Origin: an uncultured Candidatus Saccharibacteria bacterium
GTDB taxonomy: Bacteria > Patescibacteriota > UBA1384 > DTJR01
Reading direction: 5' to 3'
DNA length: 64,000 nt
NCBI GenBank assembly: GCA_964580065.1
Contig: CAZOJE010000002.1
Span: 66,978-130,977 of the forward strand
Below, one piece after another: positions 19,160 through 28,675 of this stretch (position 1 is its first letter; each line of letters starts with the position of its first letter). The notes under the pieces were generated by a model. The model saw only the letters and a program-made list of their open reading frames with translations, made no database searches and was not told the DNA's origin. The position numbers and the translations under genes are program-made.

Positions 19160-19432
19160 TCAAGGTCGTTCAGGTAGAATATTTCCTTCCAAGCCGTTTA
19201 AATCACTAGAATCCACCAAAACAATTTTTTCAAAAATGCTCGTATTATTAAGCTGTTTTGGATATTCAAATTCAAAACGATCAAGCATATATTTTGCCTC
19301 ATCGTGCGGTTGTCCAAAAATTCCCGCAATTGCTTTTTTACCAGTCTTTTCAAGAAATTCTGCATAAGAAATAACGCTGGCAACGCCGTCTAAATCAGGA
19401 CTAGCGTAACATGTAATTAAAAATGGTTTCAT
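19160..19432 (-). pseudogene. ppaC: N-terminal 90-aa fragment of family II (DHH, Mn-dependent) inorganic pyrophosphatase or a DHH phosphoesterase
   Basis: MKPFLITCYASPDLDGVASVISYAEFLEK...IVLVDSSD matches the PpaC N-terminus (KILVFGHQNPDTDAI-SAIAYA...VILVDHNE). A stop follows at 90 aa. No continuation appears in any frame downstream. Confidence 0.55.
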
Positions 19433-19440
19433 ATTTATGT

Positions 19441-19540
19441 TTGCACTAATTAGTGCGGCGCTATGTGTTACTTTTCATCTTACTTCTTCGTGATGCTTCG
19501 TGTGGTGCGGCGCTAGGCGCCGCTTTCACCACGCTTAGCG
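19441..19540. repeat. Double-hairpin palindromic repeat directly 3' of tRNA-Ala(CGC): CACCACGCTAAGCGTGGTG, GCGGCGCCTAGCGCCGC and a partial third unit
   Basis: A near-identical copy, in inverted orientation, lies after tRNA-Leu at 20462-20590. Confidence 0.6.
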
Positions 19541-19614
19541 TGGTGGACCCACCGAGAATCGAACTCGGAATTCAGCAATGCGAATGCCGTGTTATACCAT
19601 TTAACTATGGGCCC
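19541..19614 (-). tRNA. tRNA-Ala (anticodon CGC), CCA encoded
   Basis: Folded by hand: acceptor GGGCCCA/TGGGTCC with the G3:U70 Ala identity pair, anticodon stem CGGCA/TGCTG, loop TTCGCAT, T-arm CCGAG-TTCGATT-CTCGG. Confidence 0.8.
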
Positions 19615-19798
19615 GTAACGGTTTAAATATACCAGAAAAATGCACTTTCGCTAGGTATAAAATATAAATTCATTGTCGGCACTTATAAATTTAGCCGATA
19701 TTGCACAGAATTTTTTCCGAAACAAACATTTTTTGAAATATTTTTTCATTTTTTATCGAAAATTTGAAAAAAATCTGTTTGCAAGATATTATTCTGTT

Positions 19799-20362
19799 AT
19801 GCAAATTATTCTTAACAACCAAAATAGGCCGAAAATTTTTGAAAAATCGCTGGCAATTTTAGCCAAGGGCGGCATGATCATTTATCCGTCCGATACCGTT
19901 TATGGCATTGCCGTAGATGCCACAAATCCCGTCGCCATTGATACTGTCGAAGTTTTAAAGGGACGGCGACCAGAGCAGAAATTTTCCTTTAATTTTGCTG
20001 ATGTCGAAATGATTGAAAAATTTTATTCCATAACCGATGAGCAAAAAGAAATTTTAGAAAAATATCTGCCCGGACCGTTTACCTTTATTCTCAATAACGA
20101 TCTATCGGTCAGAATTCCGAAGGATTCAATTATTACCGAAATCACCAGATTTTATGGCAAGCCGACAACGGCGACAAGCGCCAATCTTACTGGCGAGCAC
20201 CCAATTGACAGTATAAAAAAATTAAATGTTAAAATATATCTCGCCGCCGATCTCATCATCGAAGATTCTGACTTTGTTGGCTCGCCACCTTCTACAATAG
20301 TTGACTTAAGAAATAAACCATACAAAGTCATTCGCCAAGGGAAGCTTCCATTTAAGGAATAA
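19799..20362 (+). CDS. tsaC: L-threonylcarbamoyladenylate synthase (TsaC/YrdC/Sua5 family)
   Basis: YrdC-fold motifs (IIYPSDTVYGIAVDATN...TSANLTGE). The start is taken at the internal Met; the ORF track extends to 19673. Confidence 0.75.
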   Translation: MQIILNNQNRPKIFEKSLAILAKGGMIIYPSDTVYGIAVDATNPVAIDTVEVLKGRRPEQKFSFNFADVEMIEKFYSITDEQKEILEKYLPGPFTFILNNDLSVRIPKDSIITEITRFYGKPTTATSANLTGEHPIDSIKKLNVKIYLAADLIIEDSDFVGSPPSTIVDLRNKPYKVIRQGKLPFKE

Positions 20363-20382
20363 TTTTGATAAGATTCAACCGA

Positions 20383-20469
20383 GGGCAAGTGGCGGAACTG
20401 GTATACGCGTAGGTCTCAAAAACCTATGGCCGCAAGGCCTTGTGGGTTCGATTCCCACCTTGCCCACCA
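20383..20469 (+). tRNA. tRNA-Leu (anticodon CAA), long variable arm, CCA encoded
   Basis: Acceptor GGGCAAG/CTTGCCC, anticodon stem TAGGT/ACCTA with loop CTCAAAA, variable arm TGGCCGCAAGGCCT, T-arm GTGGG-TTCGATT-CCCAC. Confidence 0.8.
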
Positions 20470-20590
20470 CGCTTAGCGTGGTGAAAGCGGCGCTAAGCGC
20501 CGCACCACCCAAAGCATGATGCAAGTAACACCTAGCGCCGCACCACGACAGTGAGTGAAAGCGGCGCTAAGCGCCGCACCACACGAAGCA
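20462..20590. repeat. Two tandem copies of the tRNA-associated double-hairpin repeat (CACCACGCTTAGCGTGGTG, GCGGCGCTAAGCGCCGCACCAC, twice)
   Basis: Seen in sequence. The first hairpin overlaps the tRNA-Leu CCA end. Confidence 0.6.
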
Positions 20591-20668
20591 AACAACCCAA
20601 ATTAGAAAAATCGAAAAATTATATTTCTACTAACGAGTTGAGTGAAGGAAAATAAGAAAGGACGGGAA

Positions 20669-21796
20669 ATGTTGAAAATTGATCTAAAATCATTTGAACA
20701 GGCCCCAGATAATTGGAGTGAGGTTTTCGATTATCGCGAAGATCTCAATGCCCTCAAACCACAACTCGAGGAATTCGCAAGATTCAACAAAATTATCGTT
20801 ATCGGCAATGGCGGCTCTATAACCTCTTTTGATAGCTACACCGCCGCCCTAAGGCCGCAAAAACCGTCAGCCACAGTTTGGACGATGGAGCCAGACTATA
20901 TCAACAAAATTAAATCTTCCTTCGCCAAAGACGACACCCTTGTAATTGCAATTTCGAAATCAGGCAATACCTTGGGTCTGCTCGAAGCCCTTTTTGCCTT
21001 TGAAGGATATGACGTATTAGTTGTTACAAATCCCGAATCAGGCACTTTGAGCCAAGTTGCTAAGACAAAAGGTTACAGAATAATCCCCCACCCTCCAATT
21101 GGTGGGAGATTTTCGGGCGGCACTAGCTCGGCATTTGTGCCCTCATTCCTCACCGGCCTAAATGTAGAAAAAATCCAACAGGGTTTGAGCGATGGCTATA
21201 ATCTTAAAAATGAGGCCTACAGTCTGGCGAAATATTATTTTGATCTTGAAAACCAAGGTTACAACGAAGTTTATTTACCTATTTACAGCGAATCTCTCAA
21301 GGGTTTTCAAAATATGATTATTCAGTTGATGCATGAATCTGTTTGCAAATCTGGCAAAGGGCAAACTTTTTATGCCGCTTTGTCGCCCGAAGCCCAGCAT
21401 CACACCAACCAAAGGTTCTTGGGCGGTCGCGTTAATGTCATTGGCACTTTTTTTGTCGTCAATCAACCAAATGAAAATATCAAACTTTCTCTATCGGAAG
21501 AAACAAAAAATTTGGAATATAAGGGAAAAACGTTAGAAGTAATCAACGACCTCGAACTGCAAACCGGCTTAAAGGCGGAATATCTTGGTACTAAAAAAGA
21601 TGCTGATGAAAAAAATATTCCAAATGTTACAATAGAAATAGACAAAATTAACGAACAAAGCGTCGGAGAGTTGCTGGCTTTTTGGCATCTCGTGGCGTTT
21701 TACAGTGCAATCCTTCGCGACGTCGATCCTTTCGATCAACCAGCTGTTGAAAGAAGCAAGGATATTGCGCTTGAGGAAATAATTAGTTTGAAATAA
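20669..21796 (+). CDS. pgi: Glucose-6-phosphate isomerase, short (SIS-domain) type
   Basis: SIS fold with IVIGNGGS...AISKSGNT and a PGI-like C-terminus. It sits in a glycolytic cluster with eno and gpmI. Confidence 0.65.
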   Translation: MLKIDLKSFEQAPDNWSEVFDYREDLNALKPQLEEFARFNKIIVIGNGGSITSFDSYTAALRPQKPSATVWTMEPDYINKIKSSFAKDDTLVIAISKSGNTLGLLEALFAFEGYDVLVVTNPESGTLSQVAKTKGYRIIPHPPIGGRFSGGTSSAFVPSFLTGLNVEKIQQGLSDGYNLKNEAYSLAKYYFDLENQGYNEVYLPIYSESLKGFQNMIIQLMHESVCKSGKGQTFYAALSPEAQHHTNQRFLGGRVNVIGTFFVVNQPNENIKLSLSEETKNLEYKGKTLEVINDLELQTGLKAEYLGTKKDADEKNIPNVTIEIDKINEQSVGELLAFWHLVAFYSAILRDVDPFDQPAVERSKDIALEEIISLK

Positions 21797-21823
21797 TTGC
21801 TGAAATAACCACAAGGAGGGGCT

Positions 21824-22990
21824 GTGGAAAAAATAGAGTCTATAACGGGCCGTGAAATTCTTGATTCGCGCGGCGAGCCGGCTCTTGAGGTAGAGCTAGA
21901 AACGAACAATCACATTAAAACGATCGCTTCGGTGCCAAGTGGCGCTTCGGTTGGCTCATTTGAAGCTCTCGAACTAAGAGATAATGATCCGGCACGTTTT
22001 AATGGTCAGGGACTTCTAAAAGCAATCGCCAACGTTCACAATATAATCGCCCCTGCTCTCGTCGGCATCGGTATAGAAGATCAAAAAAACATAGATCAAA
22101 TTTTAATTGATTTAGACGCTACCCCTCACAAAAGTAATTTGGGCGCAAACGCCACTTTGGCAGTATCTATTGCCGCCTGCAAAGCCGCCGCGATCAAACA
22201 GCAGACTCCCCTTTTCCGATATATCGGCAATTTAGCCGAAACAGAAGGATCAAAAGTGCCCACTCCTCTATTTAATTTTATCGAGGGGGCCAAACACGCC
22301 GATAATAACTTAGTCATTCAAGAATTTCTTGCTATTGGCCAAAAGGATAATTTCAAAGCCAATTACCAAGAGGCGTCGGAACTGTTTCATCGACTCAAGG
22401 ATCTGCTCAAGGATCGTGGTCTAACTATTGCTGTCGGCCACGAAGGTGGTTTTGCTCCTAATCTCCCTTCCGACGAAGATGCTCTTCGCCTACTTCAGCA
22501 AGCCGGCGTAACAAAAATCGGTTTGGATATGGCGGGGGTGGTTCCGAAGGAAACAACTTTAAGCAAGCTCGTTTCAACCTACCCCATTGTTTTGCTCGAA
22601 GATCCGGCCGAGGAGGACGATTTTGACTATTGGGCTGAAATCACCAAGACATTTAGCAAGGATATTTTAATCGTTGCTGATGATATTTTCTCCTCAACAA
22701 CAAGCCGCCTCAAAATGGGCCACGAAAGAGGTGTAGCTAACGCTGTAATCGTCAAACCTAATCAAGTCGGAACGATTAGCGAAACAATAGATTTTGTTAA
22801 ATCAGCCCGTGAAATGAATTATAAATTAGTCGTCTCTCATCGTAGCGGCGAAACCGAAGACACTTTCATTGCCGATTTTGCCGTTGGTGTAGCGGCAGAT
22901 TATACAAAATTAGGCGCACCCTCCAGAGGTGAAAGGGTCTGTAAATATAATCGACTTTTAAGAATTGAAGAACTTTTAAGCCAAAAATGA
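21824..22990 (+). CDS. eno: Enolase (phosphopyruvate hydratase)
   Basis: REILDSRGEPALEVE...SVPSGASVG..EALELRDND ... SHRSGETEDTFIADFAV. GTG start. Confidence 0.9.
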   Translation: MEKIESITGREILDSRGEPALEVELETNNHIKTIASVPSGASVGSFEALELRDNDPARFNGQGLLKAIANVHNIIAPALVGIGIEDQKNIDQILIDLDATPHKSNLGANATLAVSIAACKAAAIKQQTPLFRYIGNLAETEGSKVPTPLFNFIEGAKHADNNLVIQEFLAIGQKDNFKANYQEASELFHRLKDLLKDRGLTIAVGHEGGFAPNLPSDEDALRLLQQAGVTKIGLDMAGVVPKETTLSKLVSTYPIVLLEDPAEEDDFDYWAEITKTFSKDILIVADDIFSSTTSRLKMGHERGVANAVIVKPNQVGTISETIDFVKSAREMNYKLVVSHRSGETEDTFIADFAVGVAADYTKLGAPSRGERVCKYNRLLRIEELLSQK

Positions 22991-24552
22991 GCAAAGTTGC
23001 GCTAATTATCCTAGATGGATTTGGCATTTCGAGAGTTCAGCAAGGGAACGCCATTCTTTCAGCCAAAACGCCCTATCTGGACCGTATATATCAAAAATTT
23101 CCCAAAGCATTGCTTAACGCTTCTAGCCAAGAAGTTGGTTTAAATTGGGGCGAGGTAGGAAATTCCGAGGTAGGACACACAAACATTGGCCTAGGGCGGA
23201 TTGTTCTACAAGATTTGCCGCAAATAGATAAATCTATTCGAAATGGCGCAATCGAATCTAAGAATACGATCGTAGAAATTAAAAAAACGCTGGCAAAAAA
23301 TAAATCAAATCTTCATTTAATGGGAATTTTTTCTGACGGCGCCGTGCATGGCCATATCGATCATATGATTTCTTTCATTCAGATGTTTCGCAATAGCCCC
23401 TCACTAGAGAAGATTTATTTGCATCTTTTTGCCGACGGACGAGACTGCGCCGAAAAATCTATAGAAAAATACATCAAGATAATTAATAGTTATTTAGATG
23501 ACAAAGTGATAATTGCCTCTTTAAGCGGACGATTCTACGCCATGGACCGCGATAAAAATTACGATCGTTTAAAGCTTGCCTATGAGGCAATTTTTTCTGC
23601 CAGCCCAAGAAAATTTGCCAACATCTCCGAAGCCGTAAAAGATTCCTACGAAAGAAAAGAAACTGATGAGTTCATAACCCCATGCTCGTTCGTGCAAGAA
23701 GTTCCGAATCTAGATGAGGACGTTTTTGTTTTTCTTAACTATCGAGCCGATCGGGCTATTCAGCTAACCAGAGCTTTTGTCGACCAAAAATTCGAAGATT
23801 TTGATCGCAGAGGTGAAGCAAAAAATTTTTATACTTTAACAACTTATGACGATAATCTAACGGCTAAAGTTATCTTTTCTAATATCGAATTAAATAACCC
23901 CGAAACTAATCCCTTATCTAACCCACTTACAAAAATTATTAGCGACAATGGTTTATCTCAATTTCACATAGCTGAAACAGAAAAATACGCTCACGTCACT
24001 TATTTTTTTGCCGGCGGCGAAAAAAATCCTTTTCAGAAGCAAGAAAATATGCTTATTGAATCGGCCAAGGTTAAATCATACGATTTAATGCCGCAGATGC
24101 GCGCTCAACAAATAAGTGATGAGGTTATTTTAGCCGCCGATAAAGGATTCGATTTTATTGTCGCTAATTACGCTAATGGAGACATGGTTGGCCATAGCGG
24201 TTCCATGGAGGCGGCTGTTGTAGCTATTGAACATCTCGACAATTGCCTTAATCAATCCGTCACAAAACTTCTAGAAACAGATTACGATGTCTTTATAACT
24301 TCAGATCACGGCAACTGTGATGAAATGATTGACCCTAAAACAAAAAGAGTTAGCAAAGAGCATAGTTTAAATCCGGTCCCCTTTATTTATGTATCTAAAA
24401 ATTCGTCTGGAAATTATATCTCAAAAGCCGAGTTCTACAATAGCCAGCCAATTGGAATTTTAGCCGATATTGCCCCGACAGTTTTAGCTGATCTCAATAT
24501 TGAACCTTCGCCAGAAATGACGGGGTTAAATTTAAAGGAGTCGTTAAATTGA
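22987..24552 (+). CDS. gpmI: 2,3-bisphosphoglycerate-independent phosphoglycerate mutase, paralog 1
   Basis: iPGM motifs (ILDGFG..., catalytic Ser in GNSEVGH, ANGDMVGH, SDHGN). Confidence 0.9.
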   Translation: MSKVALIILDGFGISRVQQGNAILSAKTPYLDRIYQKFPKALLNASSQEVGLNWGEVGNSEVGHTNIGLGRIVLQDLPQIDKSIRNGAIESKNTIVEIKKTLAKNKSNLHLMGIFSDGAVHGHIDHMISFIQMFRNSPSLEKIYLHLFADGRDCAEKSIEKYIKIINSYLDDKVIIASLSGRFYAMDRDKNYDRLKLAYEAIFSASPRKFANISEAVKDSYERKETDEFITPCSFVQEVPNLDEDVFVFLNYRADRAIQLTRAFVDQKFEDFDRRGEAKNFYTLTTYDDNLTAKVIFSNIELNNPETNPLSNPLTKIISDNGLSQFHIAETEKYAHVTYFFAGGEKNPFQKQENMLIESAKVKSYDLMPQMRAQQISDEVILAADKGFDFIVANYANGDMVGHSGSMEAAVVAIEHLDNCLNQSVTKLLETDYDVFITSDHGNCDEMIDPKTKRVSKEHSLNPVPFIYVSKNSSGNYISKAEFYNSQPIGILADIAPTVLADLNIEPSPEMTGLNLKESLN

Positions 24553-24553
24553 C

Positions 24554-26080
24554 ATGAAAAATGTTGTTTTAGTAATTTTAGACGGATGGGGCAAAGCGGC
24601 AAGCTGGGGAGGTAACGCTATTACTATTGCCAATACGCCAAATTACGATCGTATATTAAGAACATATCCAAATACGTTGATTGAGGCCTCTGGCATGAAT
24701 GTTGGCCTGCCCGGGCACGAGGTAGGCAACTCCGAGGTCGGCCATATGAACATTGGTGCCGGCTCAATCGTTTGGCAGGATATTTCAAGAATCAATAAAT
24801 CGATTATCAATGGTGATTTTTATTCAAACAAAATATTAGTTCAAGCAATAGAATCGTCGAAAAACTATAATACGGCCGTGCATTTAATGGGAATTATTTC
24901 TGACGGTGGTATCCACTCACACATCGTTCATTTGTTAGCTCTATTGAAATTGTGCTCTAAAATCGGTCACAAAAAAGTTTTTATCCATTGTTTTACCGAT
25001 GGACGTGATACCGATCCAATGAAAGGTATAGAATTTGTTAATAAAATCCAAAAAGCGACTGAAGCTCTTGGAGTTGGAAAAATTGCTACCATTACCGGCC
25101 GGGGTTTTCTAGATCGCAAGGGCGACTGGTCTAAGACTGAAAAAATTTATAACGCCATAGTGGACGGAAACGGAAAAATTGAAAAATCTCCCCTTGCCGC
25201 TATGAGCAGTGCTTATAAGTCAGGCGAAACTGACGAATTTATTAACCCTAGAGTCATCGAGGGCGTTGATGGAAAAGTGAATGATGGCGACACTATAATT
25301 TTCTTTAATTTTAGATCTGACCGCACAAGACAATTAACGACCGCATTTTTAGATGAAAATTTCGATAAATTTCCAAAACGAAAGATCGATAAATTAAATT
25401 TCATCTCCTTTATTCCTTATGGAACTGAAAAAGAGCTCGAATTAAATACTCAATCAGCTTTTGAAACAGTTAAAATAAATAACACGCTTGGAAAATATTT
25501 TGCCGACAAGGGAATGCGTCAATTCCATATTGCTGAAACCGAAAAATATGCTCATGTCACCTATTTTGTCAACGGGAATCAAAATGAGCCATATCAGATG
25601 GAAGATAGGATTCTCGTGCCATCGCCTGATGTAAAATCTTATGATCTAAAACCAGAAATGTCTGCCGAAGAAGTTAAAAACGAGCTCATCAAACATATCC
25701 AGAGGAATGAATATAGCTTTACTATTTGCAATTTCGCTAATGGGGACATGGTTGGACATACCGGCGTTTTCAATGCGGCCGTAAAAGCAGTAGAATTTCT
25801 TGACAGCAAAATCAAAGAAGTTGCCGACGCTTGTTTAAGTATTGGTGCGCCACTCATTCTCACCGCCGATCATGGCAATATTGAACAAATGGTTGATCCC
25901 CAAACCGGTCAACCCTACACTGAACACACCAATAATCCCGTACCTTTCATTGTAGTTTCTGATAGAGAGGATTTGAAACTTAAAACAGGCGGCCGGCTTT
26001 CAGACATTGCTGGAACGGTTTTGGATTTAGCTGAAATGGAAAAGCCAGAATACTTTGACGAGAGTCTAATTATCAAGTGA
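24554..26080 (+). CDS. gpmI: 2,3-bisphosphoglycerate-independent phosphoglycerate mutase, paralog 2
   Basis: The same motif set (ILDGWG, GNSEVGH, ANGDMVGH, ADHGN). Confidence 0.9.
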   Translation: MKNVVLVILDGWGKAASWGGNAITIANTPNYDRILRTYPNTLIEASGMNVGLPGHEVGNSEVGHMNIGAGSIVWQDISRINKSIINGDFYSNKILVQAIESSKNYNTAVHLMGIISDGGIHSHIVHLLALLKLCSKIGHKKVFIHCFTDGRDTDPMKGIEFVNKIQKATEALGVGKIATITGRGFLDRKGDWSKTEKIYNAIVDGNGKIEKSPLAAMSSAYKSGETDEFINPRVIEGVDGKVNDGDTIIFFNFRSDRTRQLTTAFLDENFDKFPKRKIDKLNFISFIPYGTEKELELNTQSAFETVKINNTLGKYFADKGMRQFHIAETEKYAHVTYFVNGNQNEPYQMEDRILVPSPDVKSYDLKPEMSAEEVKNELIKHIQRNEYSFTICNFANGDMVGHTGVFNAAVKAVEFLDSKIKEVADACLSIGAPLILTADHGNIEQMVDPQTGQPYTEHTNNPVPFIVVSDREDLKLKTGGRLSDIAGTVLDLAEMEKPEYFDESLIIK

Positions 26081-26123
26081 TTTTTATTGATAAAATGACT
26101 GTTTTGTGGTAATTTTATACCTT

Positions 26124-26200
26124 GGGCCTGTAGCTCAGTTGGCTAGAGCGCATGCATGGCATGCATGAGGTCAGGGGTTCGAGCCCCCTCAGGTCCACCA
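26124..26200 (+). tRNA. tRNA-Ala (anticodon GGC), CCA encoded
   Basis: GGGCCTGTAGCTCAGTTGG...anticodon loop ATGGCAT...GGTTCGAGCCCC...CAGGTCCACCA. G3:U70 present. Confidence 0.85.
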
Positions 26201-26254
26201 TGCTTCGTCGTTGCTGATAATTTGCAAACGAAAAATTAACCCAAAACTAGATTT

Positions 26255-28654
26255 ATGAAAATTGATGATAAGAAAATTCAGGAATTCTGGGAAAAGAACA
26301 AAGTATTTAAAACAGAGAACAATAAAAACAAAAAGAAGTTCTACTGTTTAGATATGTTCCCATACCCCTCTGGCGACGGTCTTCATGTCGGGCATATCAA
26401 AGGGTACACAGCCACCGATATAATCTCGCGTTTTATGAAAATGAACGGTTACAACGTTCTTCATCCCATGGGCTGGGACGCTTTTGGTTTGCCGGCCGAA
26501 AATTATGCCTTGAAAGTCGGCAAATCACCCCAAGACGCGGTTAAAAACAACATCGCCAGGTTTAAAGAGCAGCTTCAAACGCTCGGTTTTTGCTACGATT
26601 GGAGCCGAGAAATTAATACAACCGATCCAGAATATTATAAATGGACACAGTGGATTTTTTTAAAACTTTTCAAAAAGGGATTGGCCTACGAAGACGATTC
26701 CCCTATCAATTTTTGTCCCTCATGTAAAACCGGCCTTGCCAACGAAGAAGTCACTGGCGGTTTGTGTGAGCGTTGTGGCACAAAAGTTGAAAAAAAGAAA
26801 ATTAGGCAATGGATTTTAAAAATAACTGATTACGCCGAGAAGCTCTTACGAGATCTCGACGATCTCGACTGGCCAGAACCAATCAAGCAAATGCAAAGAA
26901 ACTGGATCGGCAAAAGTGAAGGGACTCAAATAGAGTTTCGGTTAGTTGATGAAAAATCAAAAGATATTGGCAAAATAACCGTTTTTACCACTAGAGCTGA
27001 CACACTATTTGGCTGTACATACATTGTCTTATCTCCAGAGCATAAACAAATAGCCAAATTAGGGAATTATTTTAAAAATATTAATGAAGTTGACTATTAT
27101 ATTAAAGAGGCCGGCAATAAATCCGATCTTGAAAGAACAGATCTGGCCAAAGAAAAAACCGGCGTTTGCTGTGAAGGGATCTGGGCAATTAATCCTATCA
27201 ATAACGAAAAATTACCGGTTTGGATTGCCGATTATGTTTTAGCTAATTACGGAACAGGCGCAATTATGGCAGTTCCAGCACATGACGAACGTGATTTTGA
27301 GTTTGCTAAAAAATACTCAATTAAAATCGCAAAAGTAATCAATCCTACAGATCAGTTAGATTCTGACAAGATAAATGAATTATTTTGCGACTATGGTGTT
27401 TTGGCTAATTCGGAAAAATTTACGGGATTAACATCCGAAGAAGCGAAAAAGAAAATTACGGAAAAATTAAAATCAATTAATGCTGGCGATTTTGCTGTAA
27501 GCTACAAATTGCGCGATTGGGTATTTTCCCGACAGAGATATTGGGGCGAGCCCATTCCCCTTATTCATTGCGAAAAATGCGGCACTGTTGCTGTTGAAGA
27601 AAAAGATCTACCAGTTCTTTTGCCAGAAATAGAAAAATATGAGCCATCTGGCACCGGAGAGTCTCCCTTAGCAAAAATCACCCAATGGGTCGAGACGGAG
27701 TGCCCGCGTTGTGGCGGCAAAGCAAAACGCGAAACAAACACTATGCCGCAATGGGCTGGATCGTGTTGGTATTATTTAAGATATATTGACCCAAATAACA
27801 AATCACAGCTATGCGGAAAAGATGAGGAAGAACATTTTATGCCAGTAGATTTATATATTGGTGGAGCCGAACACGCTGTCTTGCATCTGCTATATGCCCG
27901 CTTTTGGCATAAAGTTTTATACGAAGAAGGAATTGTTTCAACAAAAGAGCCGTTTCAAAAACTACAAAATGTTGGCTTAATTCTCGCGCCAGACCGTCAA
28001 AAAATGTCGAAATCTAGAGGCAATGTGATAAGTCCCGATACGATCGTAAATCAATACGGAATTGATGCATTAAAAGTTTATGAAATGTTTATTGGACCAT
28101 TTAATCAACCAGCTATTTTCAATACAAATGGTTTAATTGGTGTTAAAAAATTTTTAGATAAGGTAACAAATTCTTTTGAGCAAAGAAGTAAAAAAAATAA
28201 TAATGACATCGAGTTCAAACTTTCCGAGCTAGTTAATTCAACTGCAAATAAAATTGAGAAGATGCAATTTAATACAGTTGTTTCTGATTTCATGAAATTT
28301 GCCAACGAAATTGATTTATGCGATCTATCGGACGAACAATGGAAGATATTTTTACAAACATTGGCTCCATTTGCTCCCCACACCTGCGAGACTTTATGGC
28401 TTGAACTTGGTAATCAAGACTCAATTTTTAACAGCACATGGCCAAAAACCGAGTACAAAGGTACCCGCCAAACTCAATATATAATTCAGATAAACGGGAA
28501 AAAGACAACTCTAATGAATCTTGATTTTGATCTTAAGGAAACCACGGCAATCGAAATTGCAAAGAAAAATGAAAAAGTTAGAAATTCCCTAGACAGCAAG
28601 CAAATCAAAAAAACAATTTTTGTAAAGGATAAAATAATTAATTTTGTGTTATAA
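26255..28654 (+). CDS. leuS: Leucyl-tRNA synthetase
   Basis: HIGH motif (PYPSGDGLHVGH), KMSKS and the LeuS editing domain. Confidence 0.95.
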   Translation: MKIDDKKIQEFWEKNKVFKTENNKNKKKFYCLDMFPYPSGDGLHVGHIKGYTATDIISRFMKMNGYNVLHPMGWDAFGLPAENYALKVGKSPQDAVKNNIARFKEQLQTLGFCYDWSREINTTDPEYYKWTQWIFLKLFKKGLAYEDDSPINFCPSCKTGLANEEVTGGLCERCGTKVEKKKIRQWILKITDYAEKLLRDLDDLDWPEPIKQMQRNWIGKSEGTQIEFRLVDEKSKDIGKITVFTTRADTLFGCTYIVLSPEHKQIAKLGNYFKNINEVDYYIKEAGNKSDLERTDLAKEKTGVCCEGIWAINPINNEKLPVWIADYVLANYGTGAIMAVPAHDERDFEFAKKYSIKIAKVINPTDQLDSDKINELFCDYGVLANSEKFTGLTSEEAKKKITEKLKSINAGDFAVSYKLRDWVFSRQRYWGEPIPLIHCEKCGTVAVEEKDLPVLLPEIEKYEPSGTGESPLAKITQWVETECPRCGGKAKRETNTMPQWAGSCWYYLRYIDPNNKSQLCGKDEEEHFMPVDLYIGGAEHAVLHLLYARFWHKVLYEEGIVSTKEPFQKLQNVGLILAPDRQKMSKSRGNVISPDTIVNQYGIDALKVYEMFIGPFNQPAIFNTNGLIGVKKFLDKVTNSFEQRSKKNNNDIEFKLSELVNSTANKIEKMQFNTVVSDFMKFANEIDLCDLSDEQWKIFLQTLAPFAPHTCETLWLELGNQDSIFNSTWPKTEYKGTRQTQYIIQINGKKTTLMNLDFDLKETTAIEIAKKNEKVRNSLDSKQIKKTIFVKDKIINFVL

Positions 28655-28675
28655 TAACCAAGAAGAAAGGAATAT

